Below are positions 1 to 11,637 of a DNA stretch of 64,000 bases, in pieces. The stretch's first letter is position 1, and each line of letters begins with the position of its first letter. The stretch covers positions 92,754,001-92,818,000 of the forward strand of contig NC_058368.1 in assembly GCF_018350175.1 (NCBI RefSeq), given 5' to 3'. Both the position numbers and the translations under genes were made by a program. The DNA is from Felis catus. Lineage: Eukaryota. The notes beneath the pieces were generated by a model, which was not told where the DNA came from, did no database searches, and worked only from the letters and a program-made list of their open reading frames with translations.

Positions 1-2545
1 ATCCTTTCTTCTCTTTCTTTCATGTTTTGCTGGCTTTCTGTAGTGAAATATTTGGATTCCTTTTTCTTTATTATTTACATGTTTTCAGCAGTTTTTGATA
101 CATGGTTACCTCTTTTTCATATAGCCATCTGTGTTATGTTGATGATATTTAAGTTTGAACTCATTCGTTTTTCCTTCCTCCTGACGTTTTAGGTATGTGT
201 TATTGTATTTTATATCCTTTTATTTTGTCATTTCCTGGACTTTTCACAGAAATATTTATTTTTACTGCTTTTGTGTTTCCTACATTTATACTGTGTCGTT
301 GGATCTCTCCTTTGTACTCAAAGAGTCCCCTGTAATATTTCTTGCAGGGCTGGTATAATGGTCACAAACTCCTTTAGTTTTTATTTGTCTGGGAAACTCT
401 TTATCTCTTTTTCTATTCTGAATGACTACCTTGCTGGATGGAATATTCTCAACTACAGATTTTTCCCATTTAGCACTTTGAATATATCATGCCATTCCCT
501 TTTGGCTTGGAAAATTTCTGTTGAAAAATCTTCTGCTAGCCTTATGGCTTTTCCCTTATAAGTTAGTGTTTTCTTTTGTCTTGCTGATTTAAGGGTTTTG
601 TTTGTTTGTTTGTTTTGTTTGTTTACCACCATACTGTTTCAGTTTAATTGTAATATGTCTTGGTGTGAGTCTGCTTTTATTGATTTTGATGGGGGTTCTC
701 TGTGCCTCCTGGATCTGGATGTCTGTTTCCTTCCCCAGATTAGGAAAGTATTCAGCTGTTATTTCTTCAAATAAATTTTCTGCTCCCTTTCTGTCTCTTC
801 TTCTTCTTGGACTCCTATAATATGAATGTTATTATGTCTGATGGAGTCATTGAGTTCCTTAGGTCTATTCTCATTTTGCATAATTCTTTTTTCTCTCTTT
901 TGTTCAGCTTGATTACTTTCTGTAACTCTGTCTTCTAGGTCATTAATTCATTCCCCTGTTTTTTCCATCCTGCTGTTCATTCTATCAACTGTGTTTCTCA
1001 TTTTGTTCATTGTTCCCTTTATCCCTGCTATGTCATTCCTTACCTGTCTTCTAAGAGTCTCAGTCATGTCTTCCATTCTTTACTCAAGTCCAGTGAGTGT
1101 CCTTATGATCACTGCTTTAAATTTTCTATCAGTCATGTTATGTATATCTGTTTTGCTTAGATATTTGGGGCCTTGTTCTTTCATTTGGGATAAATTTCTC
1201 TCTGTCTCCTCATTTTGTCCGCCTCTCTCTGTTTTTCTGTGTTAAGAAAGTCATATGTGTCTTCTGCTCTTGAAAGAAATGACTTTATGAAGAAAAGGTG
1301 CTGGAGTGCCCTGGAGTGCTGTGTCCAGTGCTGTGTCCGCTGTTCACCAGAACCTGGCACTTCAGGAGAATATCCTGCATATGTTGAATATGCCCTGCTG
1401 TTGTGTCTCAGTCACTTCTTCCTTTCAATGCAGTCAGCTGCACTGACCCTCTGCCTGTTGTGGGCTGTGCTTGCTCTCTGTGGTGTTGGTGGGATGCAGG
1501 CAGGCCAGCTCTGAGGGGGAGTGCCCACTGGAGAACTTGGGAGTGGGGAGGCAGTGTTAGCAAAATTTGTGCTGGGCCAATAGTCCTAAGCTGGATCCCC
1601 CAAGCACTGTGGGGGCTAGAGGCTGTGTGCTGGGGCGGCAAGAGGTGCCAGGTTGGGCACGGCAGGCAACAATGGCTGGGCGCAGCTGGGCCCTGTGTGT
1701 GATGGTGGCTGGGGACAAGCAGCTGGGTTGTCCAGCTGCTGGGGGTGGCTGGGGGTACATGGCTGGGCACATTAAGGTGGATGTGCCAGGGTGTGAGGGC
1801 AGCTGTACAGCCAATGGCTGTGCAGGGCTCATGGGAGGCTTTAACAAAATTTGCCCAGGCTGGAGTGGGTGAGTCCTCAGGAGAACTCGTGGGCATAGCT
1901 CACTGCTAGGAGGTTAGGTAGCAAGTGTCTGTACAGCCCCACCTCCCTTAGATGGCCCTGTGTTTATGCTGGTGGGTGAGGGAGGAAAATGGCTCCTGCC
2001 AGCTCCTTTGTTTATGGGGAAGTCCTCAAACACACTCTGAAATCAGTATAAACAGATGTGTCTCCCATTTGCCCCTGGTATTGTGTAAACTGCTGTTTTT
2101 ATGTTGCCTGTTCATGCAGGCTGTTCTCTCTTTAAGGGCAGCGACCCAGCTGTCCCTTACCCTGCCTGTTCCCTATGTGCTGAGTCAACTGACCTCTGTG
2201 CTCCAGGCTCCAAAGTCCCACTGGTTTTACAAACTCGGGGATTCCAGCCCTTCTTGTTTTTAAAGCCAAATATTACAGGGATTAGTCTTCCTGTGTGAGC
2301 TTCTGGCGCATTTCTCTGCCTTCTCCACAGGCAGTTCCCTCCCTCCTGTGGGCAGCCTCCCTCCACTCTTCTGACCTTCCTAACCTTGGAGCTGCGGCTT
2401 CTTCTCTATATTGATTTATGGAGTTTGCTCTGCCAGTCTTCAGATCACTCTCTGGTTTATTGACTTGGATGTGGATGGTCTCTAGTTGCAAACGTGGGGC
2501 AGGGTGAGCGCGGGGTTCTACTCTGCCATCTTCCTAAGCTCCCCA
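1..2545 (-). mobile_element. LINE-1 5' portion (GC-rich 5'UTR plus degenerate ORF1), continuing beyond window start
   Basis: Reverse complement from 1213 reads ATG AGG AGA CAG AGA AAT TTA TCC CAA ATG AAA GAA CAA (MRRQRNLSQMKEQ, carnivore L1 ORF1-like start). A GAENLFEEI-type ORF1 motif lies near 765-790. The GC-rich 5'UTR (~1300-2545) ends in ctctgccatcttcc. Confidence 0.85.
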
Positions 2546-3972
2546 ACCCCCATTGGCTATTTTTGATTAAAGGCCTTCTCTATGCTTTAATGTTTTCAGC
2601 TTAAAAACATGAATTTATGCATACTGGTTTTTACTCTCTTCCTCATGTCTAGCAAATGTTATTTTTAACCACCTTTATTTTATGTACCAACCAGTGTAGA
2701 TAAGCTGCTCATTCCTCAGATCCCCTCTAATTTCTATGAAGATCTTACTTTATGTCTTGAGTATTCTAATCCCACCTCTTGGCATACCCTTCTTCCACCT
2801 CTGTGTCTGGTCACATCCTCTGTTCTCTTTAAGACCCAATTTAAGATTTGCAGGTCCTAGGAAGCTCTCATTGTGGACCCCAGTCCATGCTGATAGCTCC
2901 CTTCTCCTGTCTCCTTGTCTGTGGTCTTTGAGAAGAGCCTAAAATGTCCTTGAAATTGGTGGAGCTCCAAAAACCCTTCATCGCTTGGCCAAATGTAGTC
3001 TTAACACTCTATTTAGAGGACCATCCTGAGCAAGAAAGACTGAAGCAGGTTTACTAAGTCTCAGTGTCTGGTTTAGGTTTCAAGGACAGTTAAGATGCTG
3101 GAGATTACCATCATTATGCCATTAGGAGATGGAAAGTCACCAAGAACAAAAAAGAAACACAGGCCCTCACAGAGGTGCAATTGTTTATTTACTCAGTAAA
3201 GAGCATAGGAGGAATCTGTGCCAGGAAAGGTCAACTCTTTAAAAGTGAACTTCAAAGAAAAAAATGAACCTCAGTTTGGGCAGGACTGTAGGCTTTGATC
3301 ATTATTCAGCCAAGAAGCTCTTGCTTTTTTTTTTTTAATACATATAAATCCCCAAACATTATGGAAATGTACCTGTTTTCTGCGGTTCATTAAATTATAC
3401 TTAAGTTCATTTTTCATGTGGAAAATGAGCTTCAGGCCTGAATATGATGAATCGTTTCCTCTGTGTGGCAGCGGTGGAGGAAGTTAATTTAGTGCTGGTG
3501 CAGGAGTCTTGGTTGTCTCCTATTTTATTCTGGGGCTGGGGTGATTAATAGGATTACATTGGAGTGATCACAGCTGCCTGTTTGTTTATCCCACCACCGA
3601 GGTCAGTGCGGAGGCTCTGATTTCAGGATTTTCTGGGTTTTGAAACCTAGTCGGTCATGTTCATCATGTAATAAACTTCTGTATCATCACCGCATCAAAT
3701 GCGGAACAGAGCTAAGCGAACTCTCAAGACCATCCATGTTATGGGAGTTTGGGTCATTTGTCTGGAAGGTGTTGAGTGAGTACTGGCGGTGAGCCATAGC
3801 TTCTGTGTAGAGGGTATCCAGACCTCTGCGCTGGATGTGGTGAGGCAGGCCACTTTATGCTTTGGGAACCTGATTAGTGCCAGACAGTGAGCAGTATGGT
3901 GCGGAGGTGGGAGTGAAATGCCAAGTGACTGATCTTATTTGGCTTCAGTGTCGTCAAGAAGAAAGTAAAGAT

Positions 3973-4189
3973 GGGGTGCCTGGGTGGCTCCCTCGGCTGA
4001 GCGTCCAACTTTGGCTCAGGTCATGATCTTGTGGTATGGGGGTTCAAGCCCCGCGTAGGGCTCTGTGCTGACAGCTCGGAGCCTGGAGCCTGCTTCAGAT
4101 TCTGTGTCTCCCTCTCTCTCCCCCACTCCTCTGCTCTGGCTCTCTCTCTCTCTCCCTCTCAAAAATAAATACTAAAAAAAAATTAAAAA
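3973..4189 (+). mobile_element. Can-SINE (felid type)
   Basis: GGGGTGCCTGGGTGGCTC head, CT tract, A-tail, aagaaagtaa flanking duplication. Confidence 0.95.
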
Positions 4190-5317
4190 GAAAGTAAGCA
4201 GACTACATTAGTCTGTTGTAAATTAGACTAAATGACAACTATTTTCCAGATTTGTTCAGATGATGGAACACCTTGCCATTTTGTGAAGTATCAAGAAATA
4301 TGTATTTAATTAAATGTAGTTTAATGTAAACTGGGAGGTATATGTATTTGTACACTACATGGTTCTGCCATGGCAGACTTAAAGTATGAGCCGCTGTGGC
4401 TGAATCAGTGCCACCTCTAGACTGGGACAAGTGGGCTCCTGCCCTAGGCACCATGCCTTGAGGTGGTCTGTGCCTTAAACTATGACTTTCTTGAAATTTT
4501 CTGAATCCCCTTCTGATGCCTACAACTGTGCTGGGTGCTTTTAGTGTTAACTAGTCAGGGTGTCCTGGGCCTCAGTTGGGACATGAGTAGGCCCCAGTCT
4601 TTTTTTCTTCCTTGGAATATCTGCAGCTCTCCACCCCACGTGACAGGTTGGCCAGACATCCTGAGGCCTGTGGGATCCTCGCAGGACTCTCTGGCTTGCT
4701 CCTGGTTCTGTAGGGTAGCCTGGTGAGCCGAGAACTCCTATGGCCGGTGCTGTATTTGTGAGCTCCCACAAGATTGGGCTGTTGGAATGATGCTGACGTG
4801 ATCATTTGGGGTAATGATCCCCAAATGTTGGACGCAGAATGTGTTTCAGACCCTGCAATGCCTGCGGTCCACTGTCTTCCCTTGGACTTCAGCCATTTAT
4901 ATGGACCCATGTTGTGAATGCAGGGTCACCTCCAGTCTGGAACACCCGAGGGCAGCAGGACTGGAGGCAGGGTTCTTTTGCTCATGATCCCTTGCTGTTG
5001 GGACCCAGAGCAGTTGCCCTATCTCCTCTGTAGGCTCCATGCCGTGTGTTGAGCTGTCCTTAGGGGTGGCTATGTCTCCCCTCAAGTATTTCAAGACTGT
5101 TACTTTGCAGTGCCAGTGGACCCTTTCAGCTTATGTCCTTTCTTGCCTTGATCTAGATGGTGATTTCCTGCTCTCCCATGTTGCTGAGCAAGCAAACTTC
5201 CTTGCCCTAATGAGAATGCTTCTCACTCCTTTAATCCTCCCCACTGGTGGTAGTGTGTGGAAGGCAAGGAAGAGGTCAATACCAAGAAGGATCCCATTCT
5301 AACAATGCCATGATTAT

Positions 5318-5520
5318 GGGGGCACCTGGGTGGCTCAGTCATTTAAGCTTATGACTATAGCTCAGGTCATGATCTCATGGTTTGTGAGTTCGAGCCCCAT
5401 GTTAAGCTGTCCACTGTCAGTGCAGAGCCCACTTTGGATCCTCTGTCTCCCTCCCTCTCTGCCCCTTCCCCCCAAATAAATAAACATTAAAAAGAAAATA
5501 AATAAACATTAAAAAGAAAA
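5318..5520 (+). mobile_element. Can-SINE
   Basis: Head and tail present; TSD aatgccatgattat / aatgctgtgattat; duplicated aaataaataaacattaaaaagaaa in tail. Confidence 0.93.
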
Positions 5521-6089
5521 GAATGCTGTGATTATGTCTTAAAGGGCTCAAAGAAGACATGGGGTTGGAGGATGTGTTGTAGAACACTAATACAATTCTG
5601 AAAAGTAAATTTGGCATGAATATAAAACTTTCATCCTCTATGTATGAACTGCACTTGTGGACATTGTCAGTAAAACACTCTAAAAACTTTTGTGAGAGTC
5701 ATTGGAAGCCAGTGTTCTTGGGCAGCATGACAGATGATATAGTGTCAGGAGTAATGATGTAACCAGTGTTAAATAAATGGAATTAGGGAACTGCAGTCCT
5801 ACGTTTTTTTCAATGGCATCATGAGTAATAATGCCACTGCTACCTTTTTCTCACAGGGGGTGATAGGAAATTAGCCAGGAATGATGCGTATGGCAGTAGA
5901 GAACATAAATTGATGATACCTGGGTGCAGACAGTAAGGGATGGTACCTAGATACTAAGAAGAAACTTCACATGCACTTACTGGAAGATAAACCATTTTGT
6001 ATGTCCAGTCTACCTATTATTCTATCTCTTCATCCACAAACTGCCATGCCTTACATCACACCTTGAATTCTGTACATTTAAAAAATCAA

Positions 6090-6290
6090 GGGGTGCCTGG
6101 ATGGCTCAGTTGGTTAAGCGTCCCACTCGATTTCGGTTCAGGTCATGATTTCATGATTCATAGATCGAGCCCCGTATTGGGTTCTGTTCTGTCAGTGCAG
6201 AGCCTGCTTGGAATTCTCTCTTTCCCTCTCTCTCTCTCTGCCCCTTCCCCGATGATTCTCTTTCTCTCTCTCAAAAAATAAATAAGCTTA
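6090..6290 (+). mobile_element. Can-SINE
   Basis: Head, CT tract, A-tail; TSD aaaaaatcaa. Confidence 0.93.
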
Positions 6291-6899
6291 AAAAAAATCA
6301 AACTGCTAATAGTAGACAAGTGTTGCGCAAAATTATTTGCCAAGGACCCCTCATAGATGGCCCCATTAGAAAGGGTATTTATTAGTGGTACTCAGAAATA
6401 AGGTGAGCTCTGTACTATCAGAGGATTTCTATTGAGCTTAGACTCAAAGCTGGAATTAATTCTCTTCAATGAAAAGGAAAGGGATGTGAAGCACCCTATT
6501 TCTCGGCATAGAGGGGCAACAAAAGAGGGGAGAGAAAAGGTGGGAGGGAGAAGCTGGGCTGCCCAGACACAGAAAGAGAAACTGTCCTGGGGTGAGAAGT
6601 TACTGGCATAAGAAGATACTTAGTTAAGCGTGTTGGAGGGAAGCTGACTCTTAGGTAAAAGATGAATACCCTGTCTTTTGAAATATGTGCTGTATGTGTT
6701 TGGGGACACAGAGAGTCAGCATTTCTGCAACTGGTCATTAGGAACTTGTGGAGAAGGATATGTCCATCCATCGTACATGTGACAGAGAACAGTGTTAGAG
6801 ACGTGGTTTAGGGATGGCGTAAAATGGACAGTGCAACTCAAAGATAAATCCAGATTATGTGTGAACCAGGCAGCACTCTTCTTGAGGCCATGTGTGGCT

Positions 6900-7326
6900 T
6901 TTTTTTAATTGAGGTATAGTTAAAAGACAATATTACATTACCTTTAGGTGTACAACATAGCGATTCAACAACTGCATATGTTATGCTGTGCTCACTATGA
7001 GTGTAGCTGCCATCTTTAACCATACAACACTCTTACAATGCTGTTGACCATGTTCCTTGTACTGGGAACATGCCCATGACTTATTCCTTCCATAGCTGGA
7101 AGCCTGTATCTCCCAGTTGTCTCTGCCCAACCACCAGTTTGTTCTCTGTATTTATGGGTCTGTTTCTGTTGTCTGTTTTTTTTAGGCTCCACACATAAAT
7201 GAAATCATTTGATTGATATTTGTCTTTCTCTGACTTATTTCACTTAGCATAATATCTTCTAGGTCCATCTATGTTGTGATAAATGGAAAGATCTCATTCT
7301 TTTTTTTTTTCTTTTAAGTCGTGTAT

Positions 7327-7365
<39 letters not shown>

Positions 7366-8050
7366 TTTGAGAAAGGGGTGGGGGGAGGGCAGAGAGACAG
7401 AGAATCCCAAGCAGCCTCCATGGTTAGTGTGGAGCTGATGCAAGGGTCAAACTCACAAACTGTGAGAACATGACCTGAGCCAAAATCAAGAGTCAGACAC
7501 TTAACCAACTCAGCTACCTAGGTGCCCCAAGGTCTCATTCTTTTTTAGTGGTTGAGTAATATTCCATTGTGTGTATGTATACCATATCTTCTTGACCCAT
7601 TCTTCTATCGATGGACACTCAGGTGGCTTCTATGTCTTAACTTTTGTAATAATGCTGCAGGCAACATAAGGGTGCTTATATCTTTTTGAATTTGTGTTTT
7701 CATATTTTGGGGATAAATATCTAGTAGTAGAATTACTGGATCATATGGTAGTTCTATTTTTGACTTTTTGAGGAACCCCTGTACTGTTTTCCACAGTGGC
7801 TGCACCAGTTTGCATTCCTGCCAACAGTGCAAGAGGGTTCCCCTTTCTTCACATCCTCACCTTGTTACATGTCTTTCTGAGTCTAGCCATTCTGACAGGT
7901 GTGAGATGATAGCTCATTGTGGTTTTGATGTGCATTTCCCTGGTAATTAGAGATGTTGAGCATCTTTTCATGTGTCTGTTGGCCATCTGGATATCTTCTT
8001 TGGGAAAATAACTATTCAGATATCCTGTCCATTTTTAAATCAGATCATTT
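6900..8050 (-). mobile_element. LINE-1 3' end (ORF2 C-terminus plus 3'UTR), interrupted by a SINE
   Basis: ORF 7605..7832 [16 protein letters not shown]...ELPYDPVI is the ORF2 C-terminal region; T-tract at 6900. Confidence 0.92.
7306..7528 (-). mobile_element. Can-SINE nested in L1
   Basis: Reverse SINE with (TTTA)n tail; TSD aagatctcattcttttt / aaggtctcattcttttt. Confidence 0.93.
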
Positions 8051-9039
8051 GTTTTTCCAGAGATCTATTACATCTCTAATCCCCTGTAATTTTCCAGCTA
8101 ATTATTGACAGTTCCTTTAATCACTCAGTGAGGCACATTTTCATAATGCTTTTTGTCAGGTTGTCTTCAGCCTTTTTCTTAAGCCCCAGATGGTTCTTTG
8201 ATCTTCAGGACACTTTAAGATTCATGCTCTTCTGTTGTGTTTCTGCTAGATTGTATGCTTCTGGTTCCACTTTAAAATAAATGCCTGTAAAGTACTGCCC
8301 CCTCCCCCCTGTCAAGAACCACCTGAGTAGCCAGCCCCTCTGGTTTCTTGATGTTTTGTTCTTGTTCTTTGTAATGGGCATTTTTGCAACACCAGGTCTT
8401 GTCAGTAACATAGCTTCTGGTTCAACCCAACTGATCCTTACCCACCTCTCTCCTTCTCAAGATTTTGCAATAGTCATGGTCTTAGGCTGCAAAGTCAATA
8501 TCTCAGTAATCAAGGTGTCACAAATGTTTTGTGATTGTTACAGCGTTTAAAATCTAAAAGGTACATATTTCATTTACTTCCCTCATTTTCTGTCAGTTTG
8601 ATCAACTAAAAGGCTCACCATAAAAAAGACAATATTGAGGCAGGAATGATAAGTAGATAGAAATGGCCAGAGGGATAAAGTCAGAAACTTATTGGACATT
8701 CACATAAAAGAAAAAGAAAACAGCAAAACAAAAAAGACTCTTTCAAATGACTTCATAAAACAACTTCTCCCCTAATATCACATATAATTCTTGAATATTA
8801 ACTTTTCTTCAGGGACCCAGAAAAACCAAATTACAGAACAAACTATGTGATTTGCAAAGCTGGAATTCACTGTGGGCAGGGAGGGAAGGGATGCTGTGCC
8901 TTTGGAGGACCTAAATTATTGCACGTAGAAACCATGGCCTCAATAACATGTACCCCCCTGCAGATTTACAGTGGATGGGGATGTAAGGCGTGTGTTGTGT
9001 CTGCCTTTGGAGAAGAGAAATTCTTATAGGTGGAAACGG

Positions 9040-10023
9040 TAACCTCAAGTAACTGCCCTGCCCTAGTCACAGCCACCTGTCTGGCCTCACCTCCTACCAC
9101 TCTCTACCAGGCTGTCTGCTGCAGCCACAGTGACCTCTTACCCGGTCTTCCAGAAACATGCTTGCCTTAGGAAGATGTGATCACTGGTTCTTCTATTCTG
9201 AATGCCTTTTTTCTTTTTCAGAAACCTGCATAGCTTGTCTTCTGATTTTGTTTCAGTTTTATACCCAACCTCTCCAGCTCCACGTGGCCTTTCTTCCCTG
9301 GCCCCATGATATAACATGGGCCCACACCTTCAACACCCACACCTGGGCGTGCACTCACACACACGCACTTTCTGTGTTTCTTCTCTGCTTTATTTTTCTT
9401 CTCAGTATTATCCCATTTGTCAGTGTAAATACAGGCCTGCCTTAGAGACTTTGAAGGTTCGGTTCCAGACTACCGCAACAAAGTAAGGCAGATGGTTATT
9501 TTGGTTTCCCAGTGAGTATACAAGTTATGTGTACAGTGCACTGTTGTCTGTTATGTGTGCAATAACATTATGTCTAAAAAAAGCATATCCTTCAAGAATT
9601 CTTGATTGATTAAAAAAAGTGCCCACCAGCATCCTATCTTCTAGCCAGTCACCCCACTGATCATGGATCACCATAACCAATATAATAATAATGAAAAAGG
9701 TTGAAATATTGTGAGGGTTTCCAAAATGTGACACAGGGGCATGAAGTGGGCAAATACTGTGGGAAAGATGGTACCAGTAGACTTGTTCAATGCAGGGTTT
9801 CTGCGAACCTTCAATTTATATACATATAAAAAAAGGCAATAAAGTGAAGTTCAATAAAATGAGGTATGCCTATAGTTTACCTCTCTATGTTGTTTATCTT
9901 TCCCCATCGCCACATTGAAGGGGGGAGAGTGAGGATTTTTTCTGTTTAGGTCACTGCTGTATACCCAACAACACTAGATGAGACCTAGTAGGCCTTCAGT
10001 AAATACTTGTTGAATGAATAAAT
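9040..10023 (+). mobile_element. LINE-2 3' fragment, split by Tigger1 MITE
   Basis: L2-type 3' terminus ...cagtaaatacttgttgaatgaataaa and tcactgctgtatacc motif. Confidence 0.65.
9432..9872 (-). mobile_element. Non-autonomous, internally deleted Tigger1 (Tigger1a-type MITE)
   Basis: Ends CAGGCCTGCCTT...GAGGTATGCCT match the Tigger1 TIR. Both Tigger1 subterminal regions are present (ggttcggttccagac; caataaaatgaggtatgcct). TA flanks at 9430 and 9873. Confidence 0.88.
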
Positions 10024-10103
10024 CAGACTTCCACTGAGCACACAGACTATGTATAAAGAGTAGGACTGTGAGACCAAGGAGGGCACAAGGAGAACAGATA
10101 TCT

Positions 10104-10171
10104 GAACCTTACTCTCCTTACACAGAACCTTACTCTCTTACACAGAACTCTCTTACACAGAACCTTACTCT
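10104..10171. repeat. Short minisatellite, ~20-bp unit GAACCTTACTCTC(C)TTACACA, ~3.5 copies
   Basis: Directly visible tandem copies. Confidence 0.85.
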
Positions 10172-10284
10172 GTTCTGTGCTAACTCCTGCTGTAGTTCTC
10201 CATTAGCCAAACCCAGCTGGGATCCAGAGTGAAACAGAGCCCTTTGATAAAATGCATGCGTGTCAGTTTGCAAGATAGGAAGTA

Positions 10285-10524
10285 CAAAAACCTTGGTTCG
10301 AGAGGGTAATTCGTTCCAGAAACATGCTTGTCATCCAAAGCACTCGTGTATCAAAGTGAATTTCAAGAACCGTTGGCTCAGCTGTGATCATGTGACGTTC
10401 GGCATCACGTAGGACTCATATTGCAAGACATTGCTCGTTGATCAAGTTAAAATGTATTAGAAATGTTTGCTGGTCTTGCAGAATGCTCACAGAACAAGTT
10501 ACTCTCCATCCAAGGTTTTTACTG
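10285..10524. mobile_element. Tc1/mariner-superfamily (Tigger/pogo-like) MITE, ~240 bp
   Basis: Imperfect TIRs CAAAAACCTTGG... / ...CCAAGGTTTTTACTG flanked by TA dinucleotides. Confidence 0.8.
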
Positions 10525-10699
10525 TATTTTGGAAAGTGATTGGAAGATAACCAGTAGAATTCCGTTTTGCTGTTCACTACCCACTCTTTTTCCTTTTGGT
10601 TGAAACCCAACAAAGGAGATGTAATATGCCCCATCAGCTGCATTAGAAACAAATGCCATATGTCATACCCCCACCTAAAACATTAACTGCCAGTGATGT

Positions 10700-11280
10700 C
10701 CTTTTGTCTAAGGTAGTGAGAGGGAAAAGGGTAAGAGAGAAAAATTCAGCTGACATAGAATAGAGCTGCTAAGGTCCCTGATTCTGTAGCTGGTCACGTG
10801 CCTTCTTCCTTCCCCATTGTACCAGTCTTCCAACACCCATCCTGTGTTCCCCTCACCTCTGCTGCAACCTTAGCTGAATGGTGTTCTTTATTGAGCTAGT
10901 GACCCAGACTTTCATTCCTGCAGGATCTTAGTTTTTAGATGTCTTATTTTTGTTAGATATCCGGAGTTTACCATTGATCGTTACTGTTCGGCAGGGAGGG
11001 ACTCTGGAGGGGCTCTTGGTTTCACATGTAGCCCCCCATTATGGGCAGCAACCCACTTTCCTCCTGCTCAGTGTCCATAGTTTTGGCCAGTACGGAGACC
11101 TGCTTCTGAGACTATTGGCTTGTTGGCATGAGGAGCCCAAATGATCTGGGGGCATTCTGTTCCCTACAGTTCTGTTTTCTGGTGGAATCATTCTTTCTGT
11201 GGACCATAGGACCTCCTAGCACATCAAGCCCAAAGTTCTTCAAGGGGGTTATTAGATGTGTTTGGGAGAGCAGTCACTCC
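10700..11280 (-). mobile_element. ERVL/MaLR internal fragment (pol end / dUTPase-like region), degenerate
   Basis: Reverse complement contains aggaggtcctatggtcc..gaatgattccaccagaaaac, catttgggctcctcatgcc and gaaagtgggttgctg, which resemble ERVL internal sequence. Confidence 0.6.
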
Positions 11281-11429
11281 TACTGGCCCCATTCATTCTG
11301 GCAGTGGAGGGGACAACACTAAATATTAACTGTTAAGACATAAACCTCATCCTGTGACCTATCACCCTGACTTTGTTCTCTACTATTGGCTCCTCCCATC
11401 ATTTAAGAACATAAAAAAGTTGCTATTTA

Positions 11430-11637
11430 TTTATTAAAAATATTTTAAATGTTTATTAATTTTTGAAAGAGTGCATGTGGGGAGGGGCAGAGAGAGAGGG
11501 AGACACGGAATCTGAAGCAGGCTCCAGGCTCTGAGCTGTCAGCACAGAGCCTGATGCAGGGCTTGAACCCACTAACCATGAGATCATGACCTGAGCCAAA
11601 GTTGGATGCTTAACTGACTGATCCACCCAGGTGCCCC
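11430..11637 (-). mobile_element. Can-SINE
   Basis: TSD aagttgctattta / aagttactattta. Confidence 0.95.

Noticed and set aside
1215..2491. Cluster of overlapping 65-162 aa ORFs
   Set aside because: They lie in the GC-rich L1 5'UTR, where stop codons are scarce; no recognisable protein
3690..3704. Small hairpin CCGCAT-caa-ATGCGG
   Set aside because: A 6-bp stem is expected by chance
3973..4060. tRNA-like A/B-box sequence at SINE heads
   Set aside because: This is the tRNA-derived part of Can-SINEs, not a tRNA gene
10104..10171. Short direct repeats superficially like a CRISPR array (also 24050-24172)
   Set aside because: No unique spacers, eukaryotic context; simple slippage repeats
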